Assembly (NCBI GenBank): GCA_964016885.1 | Contig: OZ024741.1 | Span: forward strand, 304,668,001-304,732,000 | Length of the DNA stretch: 64,000 nt | DNA from: Eledone cirrhosa | Taxonomy: Eukaryota | Direction of reading: 5' to 3' | Shown: positions 12,216-23,569 of the stretch, in pieces | How positions within the stretch are numbered: the first letter of the stretch is position 1 | Layout of the letters: the number at the start of each line of letters is the position of its first letter | Made by a program: the position numbers and the translations under genes | Notes under the pieces: model-generated | Told to the model about the DNA's origin: nothing | What the model saw: the letters and a program-made list of their open reading frames with translations, nothing else | Database searches by the model: none

Positions 12216-12855
12216 TTTCCTTCGAATGAAACAGTTCTAGTCCTGTAGATGCCATTATATACTCTACTATGCATTGAGTACCTTACTTACTGTGTCTACC
12301 TCCGATTGAACCTGGGATACACACATATATACACATATATATGTGTATATATATATATATATATACAGAGACATATCTAGGGTATGGCGTGCATGGCACG
12401 TGCCATGGGCGCCACTTGAAAGGGGGCGTTACCTGGACTAAGAGCACTTTCTATTAAAGTCAGATAAACTCTTGTCAGTGAAAAAAGAAACTTCTTCAGA
12501 TGTATGGTCTGTCTTTGATTATCATGGGTGAGAAACAATATGGTGGCTGGATCATTAAACCATTTATATAAATTATTAGGCCCATAGGTAAAAATACAGT
12601 TCTGGGAACTATATGATCACTGAGGCATACCTCATAGTATGACTTATCAAATATTTTAATAGGGTTTTAATAAAAGTCAAAGTTGACCTCAGCGGGATTT
12701 GATCTCAGAACGTAAAGGGCTGTAACTAACCGCGACAAACTTTTTGTCTGACGCTCTAATGACTTTACCAAGAGCATCAGACAAACTGCTTTATTTTCTG
12801 GTCATTTTCATCGGCACAGGTTGAACAAGTCGGTCCTCAGTGCTAATGAAACATA

Positions 12856-13625
12856 AAGTAAGCTAGATTTTTATATAATTCTGCTTGTTTATGAGCTAAT
12901 GAAACTCATTTGCATACAGAACAGTAGCTGGCCCGGCATAAATAAAAAATTTGTATTGGTCTCCGACATAGCGATATACAATACATACATGAATGTATGT
13001 ATGTATTGTATGTTTAATAATATATGGGATGTTTATGAAAAACATCTGGAAGGCTTTCATTATGAATTTTAAGGTTGCAATGATCATCACATGCATAGCA
13101 TTAACTTATTTTAGCTTCAGCAAAGACAGAGCGATATGTAATCTTAATAATCACTAATAAGTGAGAAACGGTGATATCATTTACTTCCTCCTGTTTCTAT
13201 TAAAGCTAGGTATATGACAATTGTTACAACCTTAAAATTCATAGCGAAAGGCCTTCCAAATGTTTTTCCTAAACATCCCGTATATTATTCAATATATAAT
13301 ATGTACATTTATATGTATATCACTATGTCGGAGCACCAATACAAATTTTTAATTAATACCGGGCCGGCTACCGCTTTGTATGCAAATTAGTTTCATCAGC
13401 TCATAAACATAAGCAGAATTCTATAAGAATCTAGCTTACTTTAGCTTCGGCAAAGGTAGGGAGATATCTAATCTTAATAAACACTAATAAGTGAGAAACG
13501 ATGACATCGTCGATAACTTCCTCCTGGTTTTGCTGAAGCTAGGTATGTGATGATCATCACAACCTTAACATTCTCCAAATGTTTTTCATAAACATCCTGT
13601 ATAATATTAAATATGCAATATATAT
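12856..13625. mobile_element. Penelope-like architecture element (family D): inverted partial copy plus partial tandem of a ~330-bp unit
   Basis: 12856-13100 inverted against ~13205-13441; 13105-13300 direct repeat of 13435-13625; hammerhead-like fold 13458-13522. Confidence 0.6.
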
Positions 13626-13743
13626 GTTTAATCATCATCATCATTTTTACATCTGTTTTTCCACACTTGAATAGGTTGGATGGGTCCTTTTCAGCACAGC
13701 ATCTCTTCACTCGCCATGTTCCTTCGTCATCTGCTTTGTGAGT

Positions 13744-14020
13744 CCTCATAGATTGTAACAGTTATGCTAATATAATGAATATCCGACTGCTATAGTAACA
13801 AGGCCTTATATACATTTTCTTTGGTTAAATCATAATTGAAAATGTGCTTTAAATTCCACAGATAAAAGAAATATATATTGGTGAATTATTGGTCTTCTGT
13901 CTTCTAATAAGAATCTAATATTTGAATAATGATGGTTATAGATGAGGTTGAAAATATGATATTTGGTGTGCAAAGTTACAAATTTATCAGTTACAAATTT
14001 ATCAGTTTTCAAAAGAGAAA
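13744..14020. repeat. Inverted duplicate of 15829-16087
   Basis: Near-identical reverse complement, plus a 15-bp tandem duplication TTACAAATTTATCAG in this copy. Confidence 0.9.
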
Positions 14021-14139
14021 ACCAGCCAGAGACAGTTCTATACGAGTGAGACATGGTCACCTGACCCCAATCTTGCTTCAAGTGGAACTAACCCGTCTAA
14101 CCCATGCTAACATGGAAGATGGACGTTAAACGATGATGA

Positions 14140-14182
<43 letters not shown>

Positions 14183-14224
14183 TTTTGTTTTTAAAATCCA
14201 CTGTCAATAAATACACCAGGATTT

Positions 14225-14285
14225 TTTCATTCTGATGACTGAAAGCAAATTTTGTTTGCTTTCAAGAAACCAGTGGTAAATGAAA
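14225..14285 (+). ncRNA. Type-I hammerhead ribozyme in a ~135-bp insert between (TA)n tracts
   Basis: Stem I UUUCAUU/AAUGAAA, CUGAUGA 14232-38, 10-bp stem II, GAAA 14266-69, near-palindromic ACCAGUGGU stem III, GUA triplet 14276-78. Confidence 0.8.
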
Positions 14286-14310
14286 TAATTATCTTATGTT
14301 GTTTATTACA

Positions 14311-14349
<39 letters not shown>

Positions 14350-14697
14350 TCATCATACACACATATATATATAGAGAGAGGGGGGGTATATACATGCATG
14401 TAGAGATTTTTCCTATATTTCACTATGACAATCATATTTTTATTGCTATATGAGAAGCTAATCCTGATATCTGCCTCAGTTCCTGTTTTAATCAGCCAGT
14501 AATTCTTCTAAACACTTCAAAGAATTCTCACAACTCTCTACTCCATCTCTTTACATTGCTATTGTTCTTCAGCAGCTGCTATTTTCATATTTTAGTAAAA
14601 GCCATCATAGCTTGTTAAAATCTAAAGATACATTCCTCTCTTCCATTTAGCTGCAAGTAATCTGAGAGTGTTTCAGTGCACAACACATCCAAGAAAT

Positions 14698-14895
14698 AAT
14701 GGTTTCTAGCATAGGCAAAAGGCCAGCAATTTGTGGTAAGGGGAAGTCAGTTAAATCAACCACAGTACTTGATTGTTACTTTATTTCATTAAACCTGGAA
14801 GGATGAAAGGTAAAGTTGCTTTTGGTGGCATTTGAACTCAGAACATAAAGGCCTGTAACTAAATCTGCAATGCATTTTGTCTTATATTCTAACAA
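14698..14895 (-). mobile_element. SINE family A, older near-full copy
   Basis: GGATGAAAGGTAAAGTT...TTTGAACTCAGAAC on + strand. Confidence 0.7.
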
Positions 14896-14964
14896 TTCTG
14901 CCAGTCCACCGCCCTACATCTAAGAAATAATGACTCTCAGTGATCATATACTCATTTCAAGCAG

Positions 14965-15545
14965 TCATATTAAAATATTAATGAAATTATTGTGTACAGT
15001 GCTCAGATGCACTGCAAATCATCAAAGGTGCATATATAGTACATAGAATAATATACAAATGTAAGGAAACAGTGTATGAGTCATGATATACAAACAGATA
15101 CATGCATGTGTGTGTATGGAGGGAGAATATCAAGTGTAGTGTTGGCAAGTTTCAGGAAGCATGGGGGTTTTAAAGGATGCAGTGTCTCGGCCGCTAACAA
15201 CTGATGCAGGTAGTTTGTTCCATGCTTCAACATCTCTGAGTGTGAAAAAATGTTTCTGAAAGTCATGGGAGCTGTGCTGTTTTCTGACTTTGTAGGCATG
15301 CCCACATGTGTTAGACACATGGAATTCAAAAAGGTGCTCAGGGTTGTTGTTGGCAAGATGGTTAATAATTTTGTGAGTGTTTACCAAGTCAGTTGCCAGA
15401 CATCGGAACTTCAATGTATCCATGCCCAGGCAAGCAAGGCATTCAGAATATGGTAGATGCCTGATGATAGAGGGTATTTGCTTGGTTGCATGTCTCTGAA
15501 CAGTTTCCAGATCAATCTTCTGAGCAAGATAGGGGTTCTAGACTG
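14965..15545 (-). mobile_element. CR1-type LINE 3' fragment
   Basis: DLVNTHKII...TCGHAYKV...KHFFTLRDVEAWNKLPASVV...FK, the CR1 ORF2 C-terminal signature. Confidence 0.8.
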
Positions 15546-16149
15546 GTGATAGAGATCCCTTCCACAATATCAAGGTAATTCTGTGGTGGAAATACATGAA
15601 ATCGTTTACCATGCCGGTCCTTCATGTCTAATAGTGTGACCCCAAAACTATACTTTCTCCGAAATTCTGGCCAGAAATTAGCAACATAACCTCTCACATC
15701 AAATCTGTGAAGAAAGAGGTCCTCTCCGTTTTCTCCTTCTGCTTATGTGACATAGATGCCCCTGTCACTTTTGCTGTATGACTCATAACCACATAAATTC
15801 TTTTAAAAATATTGACTGTAGGGTACAATTTCTCTTCGGAAAACTGATAAATTTGTAACTTTGCACACCAAATATATTTTCAACCTCATCTATAATCATC
15901 ATTATTTAAATATTAGATTCTTATTAGAAGACAGAAGACCAATAATTCACCAATATATATTTCTTTTATCTGTGGAATTTAAAGCACATTTTCAATTATG
16001 ATTTAACCAAAGAAAATGTATATAAGGCCTTGTTACTATAGCAGTCGGATATTCATTATATTAGCATAACTGTTACAATCTATGAGGTAAATAACTTTAC
16101 TTTATCATAAGGAAAGATTGAACTTTACCATAAAATAAGGATAACATTA

Positions 16150-16556
16150 TTTTACACTCTGTAAAGTGGTTGTGTTGGTACCATGACAAAAACCACACAG
16201 TCCACCCTGTACAGTAGTAGTACTGGTGCTACAACAAAAAGCACTCAACCAACACTGTAATGTTGGTTGAGTGCCATGACTAAAACAACCCAGTTCACTT
16301 GTAAAATTGGTAGTGCTGGTGCATGTCAAAAAGCACTCACTCCACTGTGTAAAGTGGTAAGGCTAGTGTTGTGAAAAAAAAGCTCCCAGTACACACTGTA
16401 AACTGGTCGGTGTTAAGAAGAGTATCCAGCCATAGAAAATCAAGCCAATGACGAAACATTTGAACAAGATGTGGTCACCTGACCTGTCTAACATAATAGC
16501 TAAGTTAACCCATGCAAACATTGGAAATTGACATTAAATAGTGATGATAATGATAA
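16150..16556 (+). repeat. RTE 3' UTR-derived repeat with about six tandem units and GAT tail
   Basis: Repeated AAAAAGCAC(T/C)CAG..CACTGTAAAGTGGT units, then AACCCATGC...GACATTAAATAGTGATGAT. Confidence 0.7.
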
Positions 16557-17195
16557 CTGCTTTATTTTAAAATGACACTGTACTATGTTTGAGAACTACA
16601 GATTATTCCATTGATAGCTAAGAAGCAAAAGTTCATATACTTTTACCAGTGCTTATCTGTATCTGTAGTCAAGGTACTAGGTTCTTATATGGTCCAGTCC
16701 ATCTAACTGTAAATAAACACCGCAGGGCTAGAATTATTTGCCACATTATTAACCCCTTTGTTATTAAGCCACCTGAAACTGCCCCTGCTTTTCAAATATT
16801 AAGCTGTTTATTTTTAAAGTGTTTACATTTATCTAAAATCTTTTAATTTTAATTTTATGAAAGAACCTTTGCGTTATGCTCTAAGCATCAGTCTAATAAT
16901 GATAAAGTTAGTTATATTACTAAATCCCTCCAAATTCTTGATTACTTTCAAAATAATTTGAAAAATCATAGGCAGTGTCTTTCATAAGAAATATGGTAAC
17001 AGAAGGTTTTATAATTTAAGTAGAGGTAACCCAGATTCAGAAACTATGTAAGCAATCCGAGAACTGTGTGTTTGATGAGTGTTTTAGTAGACTACTCAAG
17101 TAGTCAACCAGAACCAGAAACCACTTCAATATATAACTCATTGAAATACTTCATGAAAATGAGGCCTTCTAGATGCCCCAGTGATTTAGGACTTA

Positions 17196-17620
17196 TTAAC
17201 TCCTTTGATACCAAACCACCAGAAACTGCTCTAGTTTTATCATACAAAACTGCTCATTTTAGGATGTTTTTCTTTATATTAAATCCTTCCATCATAATTT
17301 TATTTAAAACATTTTTGTTAAGTAATGTTATAAATATCAGCTTAACCCTTTAACATTGACATTACTCTATATTTATTATTGTGTTTTCACGGTCAACACT
17401 TTATCTCACATAATATATCTATGAGCAGCCAGTTGTGGCCAATTTGAACAGAAAGAGGTGGGAGAATTCTGGCCAGATACAGCTGGTTTAAATGCTAAAG
17501 GACTAATTATGAAAAAGTCAGTTATTTTATTAAATCCTTTCTAATATTGGATTATTTTCAAAATTAACTGAAACACACAGGCAATATATTTCATTAGAAA
17601 TATGGTAATGAAAGGGTTAA
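17196..17620. mobile_element. piggyBac-type MITE family P2 with nested P1 MITE (17342-17506)
   Basis: TTAACTCCTTTGATACC...GAAAGGGTTAA; related copies near 16749, 28945, 33069, 34190-34560, 41348, 42518, 43104, 54594, 57000. Confidence 0.65.
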
Positions 17621-17696
17621 TAAATCAAGAGGTAGGAGTTTACAGGTTGTCACTAAATATTTGCCTTGCTATTTCTATTTCATAAATCTCATGGGT

Positions 17697-19010
17697 AAAC
17701 GGAGGAGTTTAAGACCGGATGCCCATGGGAACTCCTGTATGCTGATGACCTCGCACTCATAGCTGAATCTATGGTAGAACTAGAGAATAAATTCCAAACC
17801 TGGAAGCAGGGACTAGAGAGAAAGGGCCTCAAAGTCAACATGACAAAGACTAAGGTCCTTATAAGTAGACGAGAAAACAGAACCCAGATCCCCTCAGGGA
17901 AATGGCCTTGCTCAGTATGTAGGAAAGGTGTAGGTAGGAACTCCATTCTTTGCCCCAAATGCAAACAATGGGTACACAAGAGATGTAGCGGGATCTCAGG
18001 AAGCTTAATTAAGAATGTAGGATTCACATGCAGCAGCTGTGCTGAAACAGCAAGCAGCATCAGCCACAGGAAACAAGTACCACCAATCTCTGGGAGGGCC
18101 CTGTAGAAACAGTAGACAGCTTCTGCTACCTAGGTGACCGAATTAGCAACGGAGGTGGGTGCTCAGAAAGTACAATAACTAGGGTAAGAACGGGATGGAA
18201 GAAGTTTAGGGAACTACTACCACTGCTAGCTGCAAAAGGCTTCTCCCTCAGAATAAAAGGCAGACTGTATGATGCGTGTATCCGAACAGCGATGTTGCAT
18301 GGTAGTGAGACCTGGGCGCTGAAGGTGGAAGACTTACGTAGATTAGAGAGAAACGAAGCCTGCATGCTCCGATGGATGTGTAACAGTAATATACGTGAAC
18401 GACAAAGCATAAATGAATTGAGAGAGAGACTGAGCATAAGAGGAATCAAATGCTGCGTGCAGGAGAGGCGGTTACGCTGGTATGGACATGTGATGCGTAT
18501 GAAGGATGACAGCTGCATAAAAAGCTGCAGAGCACTAGAAGTTGATGGAAACCGCGGAGTGGGGAGACCCAAGATGACTTGGGATGAGGTGATAAAAGCC
18601 GACCTTACCCAACTACACCTCTCAAAGTCAATGACACACGACCGTGACTTCTGGCGTCACGCAGTAATACAGGGTACCCGACCTCCCATGGGTACATGCT
18701 GAAGCATATAAACAATATGCCCCCCCCCCCCCCCCCCCACCGCAAGGTGGTCGTGGAGGTGCCACGGCAAAAAAGCACCCAGCCCACACTGTAAAGTGGA
18801 CGTGTAGGCGCCACGAAAAAGCACCCAGCACTCACTGTAAATGAGGTTGGTGTTAGGAAGGGCATCCAGCTGTAGAAATCAAGCCAGATCAGTTCCTGTA
18901 TGAGCAAGGCATGGTCAGCCGACCAGACACTGCCCACAACAGGACAACCCGTCTAACCCATGCTAGCGTGGAAGAACGGACGTAAAACGGTGATGATGAT
19001 GATGATGATG
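17697..19010 (+). mobile_element. RTE LINE subfamily A, 5'-truncated copy 2
   Basis: Near-identical to 6690-8001; LLYADD, PHD finger, (GAT)n tail. Confidence 0.95.
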
Positions 19011-19011
19011 A

Positions 19012-19222
19012 ATGGTTTCTGATTTAGGCACAAGGCCAGCAATTTTGGGGGAGGAGAAAGTCGATTAAATTGACTCCAGTGTGTGACTGGTACTTTATTT
19101 TATTGACTCTGTAAGGATGAAATGCAAAGCTAACCTCAGCGGGATTTGAACTCAGAACGTAAAGGGTCGTAACTCTATGCTACGAAGCAGGGTCTCTGAC
19201 GCTCTATCAATTACTGCCACTC
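19012..19222 (-). mobile_element. SINE family A
   Basis: Core plus B-box region GGGATTTGAACTCAG on + strand. Confidence 0.75.
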
Positions 19223-20724
19223 CACTCCACTCATGGATAATGATATAAGTAACTTGAAAGTTTTTGTTTGTTTGTTTCTCGACACAATGTATCTAGGACC
19301 ACATTATCAATTAGGTCCTTTACATTTTTTTAAAGGTGGTAGGGTGTCATTTGAAAGGAGATTTTGCTGTTGTTTCTAACAGGTTGAATTATCACATAGA
19401 AACTCTCGTTGGCTTCTATGTAATGCAATCTAACATGATTCATCATCATGATCGTCATTATCATCATTTAACATCCATCTTCTTTGAAAGCACGGGTCTG
19501 ATGGGTTTTTACAGATCAAGTCAGTACACAGTCAGAACTACTGCCCCCTCAGATGGGCTGAGGGCATACATCTCGCTTATATATGCACCTGTGCTTTACT
19601 GAATGCATTTTATCATGACACCAGCATTAGGGAGGTTGTCATGTCTTTGAGACAGCTGAAGAATTCACCAGACTATTTGTTTGGCAGCTTTTCTATAGCT
19701 GGATGCCTTTTATCATGTAGATCACCAGCACTAGGGAGGTTATTGTTTATAGCTGCTGATGGATCCTAGCTGACATCTATGTGGACTGTGCCATTTTAGA
19801 GTTAAGTGACTAGGTCACAGACACAATACAGTAACAGGATACACACCATCAACGTCCACTTCTATCTTCATATAATTTCTATGAGGAATGAAATGTTGAC
19901 TGCCTGTGTTCCAGTTTCACACATCTCTGGCTCTATCTATCTATATATTTTTTACAAGACTGTATGTAAAATCCCTGGCATGTCTTTGTATTGTCCCCTT
20001 TTCTTGTGCGCCCTTGTGGTAAATAAAGAAATCTATCAATCTGTCTGTCTGTCGAATTATCTGTCTGTCTCTCTGTCTATATATCTATATATTTGTCTGT
20101 CTGTTTATGTATCTACCTATCTCTCTCTCTCTATGTATGTATATATATATAAATGTGTGTGTGTGTGTATCATCCTTCTGTCTCTCTGTCTATTTCTCTC
20201 TCTCTCTATCTATCTATCTATATATATATACTTACATACATACCTACCTATTATATATATATATATATAAATATATATATATATAAATATATACTTACAT
20301 ACCTACCTATCACACTTCTAGCTCTTTCTCAGTCTCTCTTTCTCTCTCTCACACACACACACACACACATGTGCACATACAAGACCAAAGATATTCATCT
20401 GAAGGGAAACTCATACTTGACACTGGGCACTAGTTCTACAACTGAAGAATTAAGTGAGGTGAACACTAAGTACTCTTTGGAATGGCCTTAACCCTAGAGT
20501 AGCCTTGGCATCATTATCTCATAGCTATAAGAGAAGCCATCTTACACTGGCATTGACTCACACTTTTTTATTCATAACTCTCAACATTTGTGTATTCTCT
20601 CAGGTACAGACCTCCCTCATCCTTTCTGTATGTCTAAACATATATATGTGTATGTCATTCTATGCGTAAATACACACACACTTGTCTGTGTATATGAATA
20701 ATTGTCATTATATATAATATAATC

Positions 20725-20829
20725 GCGCCGAGGTTAACTTTGCCTTTCATCCTTACGGGGTCGATAAAATAAAGTACCAGTAAGGTACTGGGTAATTGCT
20801 GGCCTTGTGCCAAAAGTAGAAACAATTAT
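20725..20829 (+). mobile_element. SINE family A, truncated
   Basis: GCCGAGGTTAACTTTGCCTTTCATCCTTACGGGGTCGATAAAAT...GTAGAAACAATTA. Confidence 0.85.
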
Positions 20830-21246
20830 ATATATACTCACAAACACACACACACACACACACATATATATACACCCAGCACACAATGTAAATGTGGTTG
20901 GCGTTAGGAAGGGTGTCCAGCCGTAGTAAAGCAGTCACCCTACCCACCTTGCCTCTAAATGGAACAAACCCATCTAACCCATGCTAGCGTGGAAGATAGA
21001 TGTTAATCGATGATGATAATGATGTAATGTTTATCAAAAGCACCAAAGAATCAATACGTTTTTAAACTAACACATGTTTCAGTCACTAGAACTTCATCCC
21101 GAGGTTGTATAGTTACATAATTAGAAATTTTGAAATTCTTCAAAAAATTTTTTTTTAAATATACTTATGGTTTTATACTGAGAACATTGGGAATGTGTTC
21201 AAAATCGTCATCATCAGAGTTTATTTCCACATATTATTAACTCACA

Positions 21247-21320
21247 TACGGGGTTGATAAAATAAAGTACCAGTAATACACTGTGTATTGCTGGCCTTGT
21301 GCCAAAAGTAGAAACAATTA
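21247..21320 (+). mobile_element. SINE family A 3' fragment with 16-bp TSD
   Basis: ATTATTAACTCACATA at 21233-21248 and 21317-21332. Confidence 0.85.
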
Positions 21321-21715
21321 TTAACTCACATATATATATATCCATTACAAAAATGGTGACATCAACAATTATAGACAGTAAGAATTTCAAATAGGATGCA
21401 AAATCATGGGAAGTCCTCAACTAATAAAGATATACTTCACTGAGAGAACTATGTTTCCCAAGAAACTTTTTTCAGACATGCTTTAACAATATTTGAAGTG
21501 AGAATATCATTAATAGTCAATTTAAATGTAGTTGCTTTATGGTGCCTGCACTAGTGTTATGTGTTATTTTTGTCAGCGATTTAATTGTTCATATTCATAA
21601 CATGCAATTTCTCCATGATATTTTATTTTTCTAAAGATCTTTTCTCAGAGCTTTATCACAGATTGCATCTTATGAATATGAACCATTAGATACCTAAAAA
21701 AAAATATATATATAT

Positions 21716-22255
21716 ATCAAATTAAAAAACGGAGTTAAAAAGTCACGTTAATCCCCTGTAATTTAATGAGCTCAAGGAATAGGTACTGAGCCTTTATAAT
21801 ACAGCATGGCCTCAGCCGGATGGCTGAAACAGGTAAAAGAGTAAAAGAGTAAAAGAGAGAGAAGAAAGCACAAAAGGGTATGTTTTCAATTACAGGGGAT
21901 AAAGAACCACTAGAGTGAAAAACATAGAGTCTACGAAAGGAGTGGAAAATACATATTAATTAAAAGTATAAATCAAAATTCACAGACCAACCTTTAGAAG
22001 TGTGGACCATATTGTCTTTACACCTGTTCAGAAGCCCTAAGTGATATGGTATCTACACTTTTTGTGGCAAAACATTCTCTTATTAGAGTTTGTCCAGGTG
22101 TTTTATAGTTATAGAAGGTTGGTCTGTGCATTTTGATTTACTTTTTTAATTAATATGTATTTTCCCCTCCTTTCATAGACTCTATGTTTTTCACTCTAGT
22201 GGTTCTTTACTCGCTGTAATTGAAAACATACCCTTTCGTGTTTTCTTCTCTCTCT
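21716..22255. mobile_element. Family C element with ~140-bp inverted arms (21856-21994 / 22115-22255)
   Basis: Inverted arms read directly; homology to 8481-8675; flanked by TA/TC microsatellites. Confidence 0.7.
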
Positions 22256-22325
22256 CTCTCTCTATTATATATATATATATATACGATATATTAACAAATG
22301 GAAACTATAGTTATAAAACCATATT

Positions 22326-22390
22326 TATTTCATTGTACATATTTCAAGGACACCAAGTCAAATTATGGTGTGCTTTCATCAGATAAAATA
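22326..22390 (-). ncRNA. Hammerhead-like motif, left arm (ACA at the cleavage triplet, probably inactive)
   Basis: Stem I UAUUUUAU/AUGAAAUA, CUGAUGA, stem II AAGCACACCA/UGGUGUCCUU, GAAA-U-AUGU-ACA. Confidence 0.55.
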
Positions 22391-22589
22391 TAATATAGAT
22401 CAGTTTTATAAATAAATATTGACATACCCTTAAAGAATGCGACCATTTCTGTTGGAAGCTCCCGGATAGCTTCCAACAGAAATGGTCGCATTCTTTAAGG
22501 GCATGTCAATATTTATTTATAAAACTGATCTATATTATATTTTATCTGATGAAAGCGCACCATAATTTGACTTGGTATCCTTGAAATAT
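22339..22589. repeat. Near-perfect hairpin: 122-bp arms, 7-nt loop, three mismatches seen
   Basis: 22339-22460 is the reverse complement of 22468-22589. Confidence 0.95.
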
Positions 22590-22600
22590 CAGTTATAAAA
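22540..22600 (+). ncRNA. Hammerhead-like motif, right arm
   Basis: UUUUAU-CUGAUGA-stem II-GAAA-U-AUCA-GUU-AUAAAA; the 3' part may derive from a flanking duplication of 22309-22326. Confidence 0.5.
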
Positions 22601-22882
22601 ATATTTGCTTGTTGTATCCCAACAATTTAAATATAACTTATATATATATATATATATATATTTATTAAAATAACAGATTAAAGTTTAAGCAAAGAATCGC
22701 TGCTTTCACCCTTAACGGGATCTTCTGAAACTAACAAAGTCAATCTGTAAACGCAGAAGTGGATATTTCAAAAAACGTTGCAACCGGAGGAAGACAGGAA
22801 GACGATACTTTGGTTCATGGAAACGTTCGCTGGCTAAGAACGAAAACCTTCTAGTGGATTCCAACAGAAGTAGTAGGGGGAC

Positions 22883-22925
22883 AACTGCCAACACCTTTCT
22901 GGCTCTGGCCATCATCAGGACAGTT
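22883..22925 (-). ncRNA. Minimal type-I hammerhead motif with mismatched stem III
   Basis: AACUGUC-CUGAUGA-UGGC(CAGA)GCCA-GAAA-GGU-GUU-GGCAGUU; within a (TA)n-flanked element ~22665-23160 whose end matches family D. Confidence 0.6.
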
Positions 22926-23166
22926 CTTCTCCTGCTGCCTGCTCGAATTTGAAACAGGCAAAAATATATGGTTTTTTCACCTATGTAGATAGGCTGATTA
23001 GCAGATTCCATTTACACAGGCGAAAAAACTGTCAGGATGACAGCCAAAGTCAGGAATGCATTGGCAATTGTTCCCTGCTACTTCTACTGGAATCTGCTTT
23101 TCAATATTCATAGCTAGAAGGCTTTCCAAATGTTTATTTATAAACATACCGTATATCATACACATG

Positions 23167-23204
<38 letters not shown>

Positions 23205-23569
23205 GGTTGGATAAGATACTCTCATGGAATGACCATATGAGGTTTATTTTCCAACATAGTCCCTGGAAAGAAACAATGCTGTTATTAATGAGAAGGGTTG
23301 AAATTAATGCATGCAAGATTACATAGCTCTAGCATAACTCCATCATAGTCAGCCTATGGACCTTTCAGCTGACGCTTGTATGTATATATATATATATATT
23401 CATATTCATGCACACACACACATTTGTATATATATGGAAAAAGTACATAGCTAAAAATCATATGCAGGGATTTTGATCTCAATGCATCTGTATGTTCTTG
23501 TAGTAACGTGTCATAACATGTTCTAACATGAACCTTTAAATGCATGTTGCAACGCTGCGCCACCAGTCG

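Noticed and set aside
12205-12248. CTGATGA...GAAAC...GTC hammerhead-like string
   Set aside because: Stem I cannot pair and stem II is weak; lies at a LINE fragment end
16150-16420. CRISPR-like periodic repeats
   Set aside because: Eukaryotic context, whole units are degenerate tandem copies without unique spacers, and no cas genes
21060-21110. Minus-strand GGATGA-AGTT(CTAGT)GACT-GAAACATGT motif
   Set aside because: Core and stem I too degraded to support a ribozyme call
22970-23011. IYIGE strings suggesting a GIY-YIG endonuclease (also near 13865)
   Set aside because: No upstream GIY or downstream Arg/Glu/Asn motifs; short matches are expected by chance in AT-rich DNA
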